A DNA stretch of 64,000 nt. Source: Marsupella aquatica (lineage: Eukaryota; Plantae; Marchantiophyta). Positions within the stretch are counted from its first letter, which is position 1; each line of letters starts with the position of its first letter. The DNA is taken from positions 12,097,929 to 12,161,928 of the forward strand of contig OZ316895.1 of the NCBI GenBank assembly GCA_973895155.1, given 5' to 3'. Of this stretch, positions 10,887 through 20,701 are shown in pieces. Below the pieces are notes generated by a model. It saw only the letters and a list, made by a program, of their open reading frames with translations. It made no database searches and was not told the DNA's origin. The position numbers were made by a program, and so were the translations under genes.

Positions 10887-12006
10887 TAGGATCTACTTGA
10901 TTCCTCTTGTTGAAATTGTACGGCCTTGAACACAGTACTCCTCTATCACTTACATCCGCATTGAGTTCATCCCTATCCATTGAGTCCATCCTCTCAGAAC
11001 CTTCCACCAAAATGTCTGACAAAAATTTTCCATTTGCAACTAGTTTTGTTGAATCAATCCGCCATCGAATCAAACTCACTACTCCCTTGTGGATGTTGGG
11101 AAAGTATTGTGCTGCCACGACATCTTTCACAGCAATCCCAACATGGTCATCACCAAGAATTTCATCATCAACTGCTGCTGTCACTTGAGGGACAGTGATC
11201 GTTCCAGTGGCAACCATTTTGGTTCGATCCAAACCAGTGTAGAGTTCAACCAACTCTGACATCCAGTTTGCCCGATGAAAATAGTCACACCTAGTGTCCG
11301 TGGTGTTCGCCAAACAAGACTGTGAAACAAAATTTGCCTTGTCCTTCTGCTTCTTAGAGGAAGATTTTTTGCTCCCATCAATATCAACATTCCATACTTT
11401 ATTGTGGACGTCAACCACATCCCATAGAACCCAGGAGCCCTTTGCCTCTTCAATTGTTGCAGCTCCACCATGTGCGTAAGGTAAAGTCTTACTACCATGG
11501 ATCACATCTGTGACTTTTACACTAACCCGAGACTCACCGAGTAATATGTTATGACATCTCTCCATTGGATCGGTCTTGAAAACAACTCCAAAGGCCACAC
11601 AATGGCCAGAGATAAACATTTCAACCTCATCGCCTGGCCTTAGGGTGGTCGAAGCATCCTCCTCTACATTTGCAAAATTATGGATGTTGTTATCTTTTCG
11701 AGTCGAACAACTACCAATACTGATGCGTTTTTGAGTAATCTTATCCGCAGATCGATATGCACATGACATATCCCAAATGACACATGAGTCAATGGCATCA
11801 TGAAGATTTTCTGCCCTAGGCATTGGAAAAGGGAGCTTCCTAGTCTCACCAAAGGCCTTCTCAATGAGAACCCCAATTCGATTCTCTCCCAGCACAATAT
11901 TTTGAACACTCTCTCGCGGATCTGTCTTTTGAACTGTCCCATTTCCAACGTCGTAACCATCGATTGTCAAGGTAACATCATCGCCCCTAGAAAACCTTTG
12001 AGACAT
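10768..12006 (-). CDS. Probable N-terminal part of the transposase (frameshifted) with three Tnp1/En-Spm (Transposase_23/DUF8039-like) repeats
   Basis: Three repeats of VxxGxVxxTDPxxxxxxxxLGxxxVxVxxxxV..LP..W (e.g. VAFGVVFKTDPMERCHNILLGESRVSVKVTDV..LPY..TIEEAKGSWVLWD). Overlaps the 872-aa ORF by 119 nt. First ATG at 12006, just after an acceptor-like tttttcagtgtgcag. Confidence 0.7.
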   Translation of the reverse strand: MSQRFSRGDDVTLTIDGYDVGNGTVQKTDPRESVQNIVLGENRIGVLIEKAFGETRKLPFPMPRAENLHDAIDSCVIWDMSCAYRSADKITQKRISIGSCSTRKDNNIHNFANVEEDASTTLRPGDEVEMFISGHCVAFGVVFKTDPMERCHNILLGESRVSVKVTDVIHGSKTLPYAHGGAATIEEAKGSWVLWDVVDVHNKVWNVDIDGSKKSSSKKQKDKANFVSQSCLANTTDTRCDYFHRANWMSELVELYTGLDRTKMVATGTITVPQVTAAVDDEILGDDHVGIAVKDVVAAQYFPNIHKGVVSLIRWRIDSTKLVANGKFLSDILVEGSERMDSMDRDELNADVSDRGVLCSRPYNFNKRNQVDPNEKKRRLLETKAISKRREKRKLLQAKMLSHYAKGKHRRY

Positions 12007-12071
12007 CCTTTTCCTATTTTCCTGCACACTGAAAAAAATGGATTAAAACCAACCTCATGCAAATTTTGATT

Positions 12072-12962
12072 CAGACTACTATCCTCCAATTTCGGATTTG
12101 GACTAGGACCATCCGAGTCCGGATTTGCACCGGGACCATCCAAGTCTGGATTAGGACTGCAATCCTCCGAGTCTAGATTTGGACTACGATCCTCCGATTC
12201 TGGATTTGGCCTGGGACCATCCAAGTCCGGATTTGGACCGGGACCATCCAAGTTCGGATTTGGACTGCAATCCTCCGAGTCTGGATTTGGACTACAATCC
12301 TCCGATTCTGGATTTGGATTGGGACCATCCGAGTCCGGATTTGGACCGGGATCATCCAAGTCCGGATTTGGACTGCAATCCTTCGAGTCTGGATTTGGAC
12401 TACGATCCTCCGATTCTGGATTTGGACTGGGACCATCCCAGTCCAAGGTTGGACTAGGACCATCCCAATCCAAACTAGGACTCGGACCATCCCAATCCAA
12501 ACTAGGACTTGGACCATCCAAGTCCAAACCTGGACTCGGACCATCCCAATCCAAACTTGGACTTGGACCATCCCAATCCAAACTAGGACTTAGACCATCC
12601 AAGTCCAAACTAGGACTCGGACCATCCCAATCCAAACTAGGACTTAGACCATCCAAGTCCAAACTAGGACTCGGACCATCCCAATCCAAACTTGGACTCG
12701 GACCATCCTAATCCAAACTTGGACTCGGACCATCCAAGTTCAAACTTGGACTCGGATGATCCCAATCCAAAGTTGGACTCGGACCATCGTAATCCAAAGT
12801 TGGACTCGGACCATCCCAATCCAAACTAGGACTTGGGCCATCCAAGTTCAAACTTGGACTCGTATGATCCCAAAACAAAGTTGGACTCAGATGATCCCAA
12901 ATGAATGCAAACTTGGACTAGGACCATCCGAATCCAAACTTGGACTAGGACCATCCTAGACC
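12072..12962. repeat. 27-bp tandem array (~33 units) upstream of the transposase CDS, probably intronic
   Basis: Unit ggactcggaccatcccaatccaaactt. The left part has a 4-unit (108-bp) higher-order repeat x3. Bounded on the minus strand by a donor AAG|GTGAGT near 13163 and an acceptor near 12022-12030. Confidence 0.92.
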
Positions 12963-13499
12963 AACCCATGATGTAATGGGAGATAAACTTCAAACATCTT
13001 AAGCTAAGAAAAATCCAAATTTAGGAAGACCCCGTATTTTACGGATCTCCCTAGATATGGTGTAGCCTAAAGTTTGCGTGGTCTTAAGGCAGACCCTAAT
13101 GTCTACATCCAGTTTCATGAAATAATGGAACCTTATATTTGAATGCATTAACCTTATACTCACCTTAGTATTAAGATCTGGTAGAAGATGAATATCACAT
13201 CCAAGGGGTATACATTGTTGTTTGAATAATGGTAAAAACTTCCCAGAAGCTTGAAATACAAGCTATATGCCACTAAATCTTGGGAGTAAAAAACAAACTG
13301 AACCCTAAACCACACATGTCTGTAAAAGATAAACTGAGAGGACTCCAAAAGTCAAGAAGATGGCTAAGCTGACCCAATGAAGGTAAGTGGCTCAATACAT
13401 AACACTTTAAGAGAAACTCCACTCCGGATTACATGGAGCTTAGATTTGGGAAACTAGAACAAGAATGAGCTCCGAAGTGGGCGTCTCCCAAATTATACC

Positions 13500-13984
13500 C
13501 TTTGCTCGAGTCGGCTCAACCGGAAATCGCGTGAAGATAAGGGTTGAGTACGCGTTCACCTTAGCTTGCGGACACACCTTATCTTCACGAGCCTATTTGT
13601 GCGGGGACTACCATGGAAGGCTGTTAGGTAGGCAGGACATCAAGGAAGGAGGCCGTATGCAAGGTGAGGGCAACGGGCCGTACGCCATAGCAGGCCGTAC
13701 GCAGTAGGAGGCAACCGGCCGTACACAGGCCGGGGTGAGGCAGGAGGGGGTAAAGGGACGGAGAGGTCCAGCCAGGACCTCATTCTCATTCTCTCACTCC
13801 TCGCTCTCTCGCTCTCTCGCTCTCTCCTCCTCACTCTCTCGCTCTCCTTGCTCTCCACTCTCTCTCCGCTGTTCGTTCTCTCTCTGCCTCCCCGCCTCCG
13901 CCTGCCTCCGCCTTCCACCTTCCACCTCCATTCTTTTTTATTGCCCTAGATCGGACGCCTGCTAAGACGCCACGTGTTAGAAAG
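13500..13984. promoter_or_regulatory. Putative bidirectional promoter region between the divergent genes
   Basis: GC-rich; 13-bp inverted repeat (13530-13542, 13577-13589), four GGCCGTA motifs (~13650-13722) and a CT-rich tract (13780-13935). Confidence 0.45.
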
Positions 13985-14147
13985 ATGGAAGCGAATCGCG
14001 TCCTTGTGATGTCCTACGTGGAAGAAACGGAGGAGTTTGACCTCTCCTCTATGAGCGACAGTGTGGAACTTGCACTCGAAGACTCTAGACAATTTCAATC
14101 ATGAATCCCTAGTAAGTATCTATCACCTATCCTCCCTAAGTCTTAGA

Positions 14148-14305
14148 GGACTGGGACCATCCGAGTCCAAACTTGGACTCGGACCATCCCAATCCAAACT
14201 TGGACTCGGACCATCCAAATCCAAACTTGGACTCGGATGATCCCAATCCAAAGTTGGACTCGGACCATCCCAATCCAAAGTTGGACTCGGATGATCCTAA
14301 TCCAT
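14148..14305. repeat. 27-bp tandem array (~6 units) in predicted intron 1 of the cargo gene
   Basis: Same unit and orientation as 12072-12962; one more degenerate copy near 14355-14378. Confidence 0.92.
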
Positions 14306-15229
14306 CTGGGAGATTGAATCCCGATTGTAGGAGCAAGTCTAAAACCATCTCAAGTTGGACTAGGACCATCCTAATCCAACAAGAGTTATTCGAATGTTTT
14401 AAAGGTTTCAAGTCTAACATGGATGACGTTTATGATGCAGGGAGTGATCTTGTTGTTTTCAAACCCGCGATTGCACCGACCCACTGCCTGGACGGATTCT
14501 GACTAAATGAGAGATCCCCACGCTTTCGATGGGGGCTTGACTTCTCAAGAACCCCGCTTAATAATGAAGTGCCATCAACCACGATTGAACCTGTTTTGAC
14601 CTTAAAGTGCAGAGAAAATGATAGCCTGACTTTTGTTTGCGGACCTGTGGTCTCTGTTGGCATTGGAGGGAGAGGGATGAATACGGTCATTCTCGAGATG
14701 CACGATAAGTCCTATTGGGTTAAAGTTAACCTTCTGTCAAAGGCATACTCCTCTGAATTCAATGTCGAATGGCACGCAAGTGGGGAATTGAGCGTTTTGT
14801 CAATGGGATTTTTTCCAAAGACCTATGACACAAAGAAGTTGGTCGCCGGGGTAACTGGTATGCTTCCAGTCAACATTATGTATGGGTTTCAATATTTGAA
14901 ACTCAACATGATGAAGCACCAAGGCAATTTTTCTTTTGCAACTACCTGGACGTTAAGCAATTTACTTGAGAAAGCTGGATTGTTATCGTTGGAGTCGGAG
15001 GAGCCTGGTGTTTTAATTGATAAGGATGTTGCATTTGCTCCCAAGTTTGATTTAGTCAAAGCAAAGCAATGGATAGAATCTTTGTCCAAGATGAGAAAGC
15101 TTCCAGCGGTGAATACAAACCCTGTGCCCGAGAAAGCGCCAGAGAAAGCTCCAGAACCTACAACAGAGACCGCGGGAACTACAGCAGCGACCTCTCAAAG
15201 AGCAGTGGGAAGACGAAAACAAAGCCAAA

Positions 15230-15425
15230 GGAAACCTCCGGTTGAGAAGAAACTTCCGGTTGAGAAGCCGAGTACAAGAAGCCGAGTACGAGAAGCCGAG
15301 TACGAGAAGCCGAGTACGAGAAGCCAAGTTGACAAGCCAGTTGACAAGCCAGTTGACAAGCCGAGTACGAGAAGCCGAGTTGAGAAGCCAGTTGAGAAGA
15401 AACGTCCGGTTGAGAAGCCGAGTGC
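15230..15425 (+). repeat. Coding tandem repeats (KPSTRSRV / KPVEK / KPVDK)
   Basis: Repeated gagaagccgagtacgagaagcc and agttgacaagcc units within the open frame, followed by NLS-like KRPRQKKKQK. Confidence 0.85.
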
Positions 15426-16210
15426 AAGTGAAAAGAGACCAAGACAGAAGAAGAAACAGAAAATTGACAGTGCCATCATGGATGACACTACAGAAAACCT
15501 GACAGTGCATTCACAAGATGTGGACGAGCAGTTGGACGCTCCTGAGGAGAAGAAGGTCTTAGAAGGTAATGAGGTATTGCAACAAATGGAGCAATATTAT
15601 ACGTTTGGGATCAATTCGATATTTTCTATTCCTGTAGACAGTATTTTCCCTGCGTCGGCAAGACTCTGTTACAGAATGTTGAATGCAGAACATGTAAAGG
15701 AGGTGGCCAATTCCATGATAAGAAATCTGGGGCATGAACCACACATAGCAGACTTGATTCCTTACACTACAAAACATAGAAACCTAATGCAGTATGACAA
15801 CACAGAATCAGATAGGAGGGACTTTGTAGCAGCCGTGAAAAAGGGCGAGGTTCAATTCCTTGCCATTAGCGGTCAACATTCAGCTAGAGCAGCCAGATGG
15901 ATTCGAGAATGGGCAAACAAGGATGCCAAGCTGACAGCATTGGCGAAAAAGCTGGAATTTTGAAAGTCAAGAATATTATCTCATCGAACACCATCGTCAA
16001 TATTAGTTGAGCATTCAATGCGATCTAATGCGATCAATAGCACGATGGTGTTTCAATCATGCTTCAAAGATACAGTCGTTCATGCTAGGCGACAATTTGT
16101 GGAATGTGGAAAACCTAGCCGGCGAAAACATGGGGACAACAAAACAAACGCTCAAGACAATCAAAAATTTAAGGTACGAAGTGTTACTGCTTGATGGGTA
16201 CAATACCGTA

Positions 16211-16605
16211 GATTCATGCACATTCAGTAGAATATTTCCACTGATATCGCCTAGTTTTGCGTTGGACCGGGATGGTCCCAGTCCAAATGGATTCATGCAC
16301 ATTCAATAGAATCTTTGTCCACTGATATCGTCTAGTTTTGTGTTGGACTGGGATGGTCCCAGTCCAAATGGATTCATGCACATTCAGTAGAATATTTCCA
16401 CTGATATCGCCTAGTTTTGCGTTGGACTGGGATGGTCCCAGTCCAAATGGATTCATACACATTCAATAGATTATTTTTCCACTGACACTGTCTAGTTTTG
16501 TTCTGGACTGGGATGGTCCCAGTCCAAACTAAATCATGCACATTCAATAGAATATTTCCACTGATACTGTCTAGTTCTGTGTTGGACTGGGATGGTCTCA
16601 GTCCG
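16211..16605. repeat. Five ~80-bp tandem units (alternating 79/81 bp) in predicted intron 2
   Basis: Units start at 16211, 16290, 16371, 16450 and 16531. Each ends in the hairpin-capable TTGGACTGGGA-TGG-TCCCAGTCCAA, the reverse complement of the 27-bp motif core. Confidence 0.93.
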
Positions 16606-19198
16606 TACCTGAGTGCTATCAAACAATTGAGTTATGGAGAACTAATAGACTTTCCTTTGCAATTGTAGGATTGGTTGGCTCTTGCAAGAATGACCATGGG
16701 AAGGAAAGATTGTCGAAATGTTTACTGGTTACTGTTTGCGGACGATGCTCTTTTTGAGTTATGGAGTTTGGTATGCCAGTTGTGGTTGGATGGGAAACTT
16801 CCCGATGGAGCTGGGGTAGAAGGAAGTGAGAAGTCTGAAAAAGCAATTATTGTTGCCATGTTTTGTTGTTTTGATGGTGAGTTGATCTCACAACGAGACA
16901 TCACAAGAATACTGACGCGGGTGAAGTCAGGAAAGGTATTGCTAAAGAAAGATGCCTCTAATAAATCAGACATGCCATCTATAGAGGAGTTGGCCAAAGA
17001 TGTGAAGATCATGCGGAAACTGAAGTCCCTTATTGAAGACTACTATTGCACCAAGGATGCGGTGAATTTCCCGGCAAATACTAATTGGGGGAAAGTAGTG
17101 GAGGTTCTTCCTACGCTAGCAATTGATTCAGAGTTTAGCAGGTGTCGAAGAGCCGCTGGCGAGGTCTATCTTGCCAACCTTTTAAAACCAAATCATACGC
17201 GGGAGAGCGCAATCTTGCCGACGGCATTGGCATTCCGCCTAGATGATATATACTGCCAGAAATTTGGCGGAGGATCACGTTCTTGGACCCTACCATGGGC
17301 TACATTTTTTAGCGACAATCTCATGAAGACCATTGATCCAGAGTCATTGCAAGAAGCTCCTCCGACCTGCCCTCTTGCCATTGTTGATTTTAGCCGGCTT
17401 CCGCAAAAACAATGGACTGAAGCAGAGATTCTTGTTCTCTTTGAATACATTGTGGAGCTTCCACAAAATCCCACGATTGTTGTGACGATAACAGTTCATC
17501 CTGGACAACTTGCATTGAATGTCCATGGTGCCCTTCGTAAACTGGGACAAGAGAAAGCTTTGACCATTCACATTGAGTATGGGAGTTATTCTCGAGATGA
17601 TCAACCGCACCCTCATGACTCATGTTGGGGTGGGGGGATTGAAGAAGTTATCTTTGCGGGGATTTCTCGAGATGAAGACGTCAATTGGAATGAAGTTTTC
17701 AAGCCCAACTATCCAAAGCCAAAATTCTTGTATACTGCAAAGGATGTTGATTACGAAGTATGCAAGATCGACAAGGGAAAGGGGAAGGCTAAGGAATCAG
17801 ATGAGGGGACACAAAACGACGACCTAAAAGTGGTTTTGGACCCGGAAGAGGCCGTCAAGATTATGAATATGGCCCCTCGATTTGAGACAGTTGGCAGTCG
17901 CAGAGGGTGGGTTAATCCTCATGCCAAACCCACGCGGATGATCCGAAGGATTATTGAATCCTTGTCAGAACCGGGAGATTTGGTTCTAGATTTTTTCTCC
18001 AGTGGCCAAGTCATGAAGACATCATTTTTTTGCGATAGGGAATGCTTTGTTTATTGTGACTCTCACTCCGAGAGGCATTTTGTGGAAGCTTTTGCTTCCT
18101 ACCTTTGCGAGAGAGTTCCCTCACTTAAAGCTCATTGTGAATCACTTGCTGAAAATTCTCGACAATGGGCTACAACTGTTGCGGCTGTAGCTGTCGCTGT
18201 TGAATCTGATGGTTCTGAGTCTGAAGATGTTGCTGACAAAGTGGCTGAAGGCGTAGAGGCATCAGAGGAGGCATATGTCATGAATTTGGATGACCGTGTT
18301 GGTCAAGGTGAGCCTTACGATGTAGATGATGATATTGGACTTGCACCAAACCGTTCATCTGGTTTAGATGACATCCCTCCGGGGCCCAATGAAGTTCAAG
18401 TTGATGATAACTTGGACAAGGATGATCCCAATCCAACAACGCCGGGAGGACAGATGGAGCAACTGGAAGGAGCAAGGGTTGATACGTTTGATCATCTTTC
18501 TTCAACCAATCTGATCAATGAAGGCGCAACGAGGCTCGGAGATTCAAATGAAGCTGAAACTAAAGAATTGACTCGGGGGGAGACCGAGGGGGAGACTGGC
18601 GGATTGCCTGACATTCCGATCAATCCAGGAGGAAATGCATCAACGGCTGCTGACAACCAGGCAGGTGCTTCAACTTGTCCTGACACACTCTTTTCAGCTT
18701 CTGATGACAAATTGGTGTTTGTTCGTTCACACTCGGGGAGTCCTATTGTCCTTCCGCTCTCAAAAAAGAAAGGAAATAGAGTTGGATCAACTGGATGGAG
18801 GTCATTGGAATGCGACGCACGATGTTACGTGTGGAAAAGTGGGCCAAATCGAGGCCAAGAAATATCATTGTCCGATGCTGCTCCTTCAATTCTCAATAAG
18901 GAGGAGTATAAGAGTGGAGAATTGGGGTTGATAACTCCTATTTGGACTTCACCTTATTGGGTAGAACAAAGTACTTCAGATGTCAATTTTGAAATCCAAC
19001 AGGAGCTTGGTGCTGACATGATTATTGATGAATACGGATCTCTTATTTCGGAATGAAATTCAGCCTTTGACTTTGTATTTATTCATATCAATCTAAAATA
19101 CTTCTCGGTCTCACAGAATGCGCTCAAGAATTAAAGTCTCCATATCCGTCTACACATTGTGAGGCTTCTAAAAACGGTATGTAGGTTAATTTTCTTTT

Positions 19199-20332
19199 TT
19201 GTCAGCCATTGTCTTGTATTTTTGGACTGAGACAATCCTAATCCAAAGTTCACTTTTGGTCTTTTCTCTGAGAATGGTGTTTGGTGCACTTGCAGAATCG
19301 AGACCTGGTCCCCTCAAGCGGAAGTTGCTGATTTTGGACCTTAATAAAATACTTTGGGATTCTATTGAATTCCAAAGCAAGGGCACATCCAGGAATATTG
19401 TCACCTCAAGTGGAGTGCATTGGGATAGATCAAATGGAACTAGTCGCATGTATACAGAGAGGCCATGGCTCCATGAGTTTCTAAAGTTGGTTTTTGACCG
19501 GTTTGACGTTGCAATTTGGACATGTGCTGGGATGCCGCGAACAGTGAAAATGTTGAACATGATGTTCACAATTGAGGAGCGGTTGAAACTGAAGTTTGTA
19601 TTCACACAGGTGGAAGCCTTTGACACAGGCATTCAAAGGCGTGACGTTACAAATGGAAAGGCAAATGTGCTATTGAAGGATTTTCGGGTGGTATGGAGTG
19701 CATTTGGAAATCTATATGATGAAACCAACACACTCCTTGTGGATGACTCCCCCTTGAAGGCATTTGCCAACCCAGACATGACCGGACTATTTCCAGTGCC
19801 CTACACGCATGCCAATCGTGGAGACAATTTTCTTCTAACAATTCTTTGGTCATGTCTTGAGAAACTGTCACATGCAAGTGACATTCGTTGTTATCTTCTC
19901 CTAAACTCTCCAAAGTGGTCTCTATTGCACATTAAGAGAGACAAGGCAAAAAATGAGATTACTTATGATCAACTTAGTAAGAGATGTGCAGCAAAAATTT
20001 GGAAGTCACAGTATAGGCATAGTGTGCTGGACCTCAATAGCAATGAGATTCCTTGGGCTGTGAAGCACCGTATATGTAGCTTACGTCCTGAGGTGGAACT
20101 TGACGATGCACTTGTCACCTCACTTGCTAGATCATTTGTAGGACGGGAATATTCAGGTCTGTATAGAGAAAATCCCAGACACTTTTTGCGGGAGATTATA
20201 GCAGTTAGGAACAACACCACCAAATTTCATCTCCCTGAAGATAAAGGGAGTTGCAACCGTGACATTAGGGTAGATAGTAAAGGAGACAAAGGCACGTGCT
20301 CAAATAAATATTGTAAGGAGCACTTTGTTTAG
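19199..20332 (+). CDS. FCP1/NIF-homology HAD-superfamily phosphatase-like cargo protein (5' end uncertain, probably spliced)
   Basis: RKLLILDLNKIL, ERPWLHEFLKLVFDRFDVAIWT, LLKDFRVVW and NTLLVDDSPLKAFANP; Cys/His-rich C-terminus. Probable intron 19177-19295 and 60-nt exon 19117-19176. Confidence 0.85.
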   Translation: MSAIVLYFWTETILIQSSLLVFSLRMVFGALAESRPGPLKRKLLILDLNKILWDSIEFQSKGTSRNIVTSSGVHWDRSNGTSRMYTERPWLHEFLKLVFDRFDVAIWTCAGMPRTVKMLNMMFTIEERLKLKFVFTQVEAFDTGIQRRDVTNGKANVLLKDFRVVWSAFGNLYDETNTLLVDDSPLKAFANPDMTGLFPVPYTHANRGDNFLLTILWSCLEKLSHASDIRCYLLLNSPKWSLLHIKRDKAKNEITYDQLSKRCAAKIWKSQYRHSVLDLNSNEIPWAVKHRICSLRPEVELDDALVTSLARSFVGREYSGLYRENPRHFLREIIAVRNNTTKFHLPEDKGSCNRDIRVDSKGDKGTCSNKYCKEHFV

Positions 20333-20597
20333 AGATCTGACTCATGTTAAGCGCATTAGATAGTAAAAATGGGTGCCAGCCCTGGATATTCATTGTAAGT
20401 TTGGACACAATTGTATATAATTATTTTCACACATTATCAATCAATGGTCCTTGCCTGGGCTTCTTTGTGCGGAAATGTTTTTACAAGTATGATCTCTATC
20501 CCATGGTTCTTTGTGAACTAATAAATAATATAATACTATTATAATTAATATAATATAATATAATATATTAATATAATACTAATAAGATTTGGCCTAT

Positions 20598-20677
20598 AAA
20601 GTGTACATTTAGGTATCAAAAAGTGTATATTTGGGCTTCGTAAAGTGTACATTTGGGGACATAAAAGTGTACATTTC
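20598..20677 (+). repeat. Right subterminal AAAGTGTACATTT motifs (4 copies)
   Basis: Same motif and same strand orientation as the left array. Confidence 0.88.
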
Positions 20678-20701
20678 AGGACTGATTTGTGAACAAAAGA
20701 A

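Larger units (their letters stand above)
13985..19056 (+). pseudogene. Predicted 3-exon cargo gene (13985-14111, 14441-16173, 16669-19056; ~1415 codons): ParB-like domain plus beta-class N6A/N4C DNA methyltransferase-like domain; three in-frame TGA stops
   Basis: GT-AG introns with branch-like CTAAC/CTAAT and matching phases (1, 0). ParB-like FSIPVDSI..RMLNAEHVKEVANSM..FLAISGQHSARA. MTase motifs X-I-II NPHAKPTRMIRRIIESLSEPGDLVLDFFSSG..DRECFVYCD. TGA at 14102, 14500 and 15961, each followed by an open frame. Confidence 0.72.

Noticed and set aside
12173-12959. Several repetitive ORFs on both strands of the 27-bp array
   Set aside because: Expected by-products of a 27-nt unit; no independent coding evidence.
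14102-15963. U-to-C RNA editing or stop-codon recoding to explain the three TGAs
   Set aside because: U-to-C editing is known from plant organelles, and this is nuclear DNA with spliceosomal introns. CpG deamination is simpler.
16211-16605. CRISPR-like array (palindromic ~25-bp repeat at regular spacing)
   Set aside because: The intervening sequences are near-identical rather than unique spacers, there are no cas genes, and the context is a eukaryotic intron.
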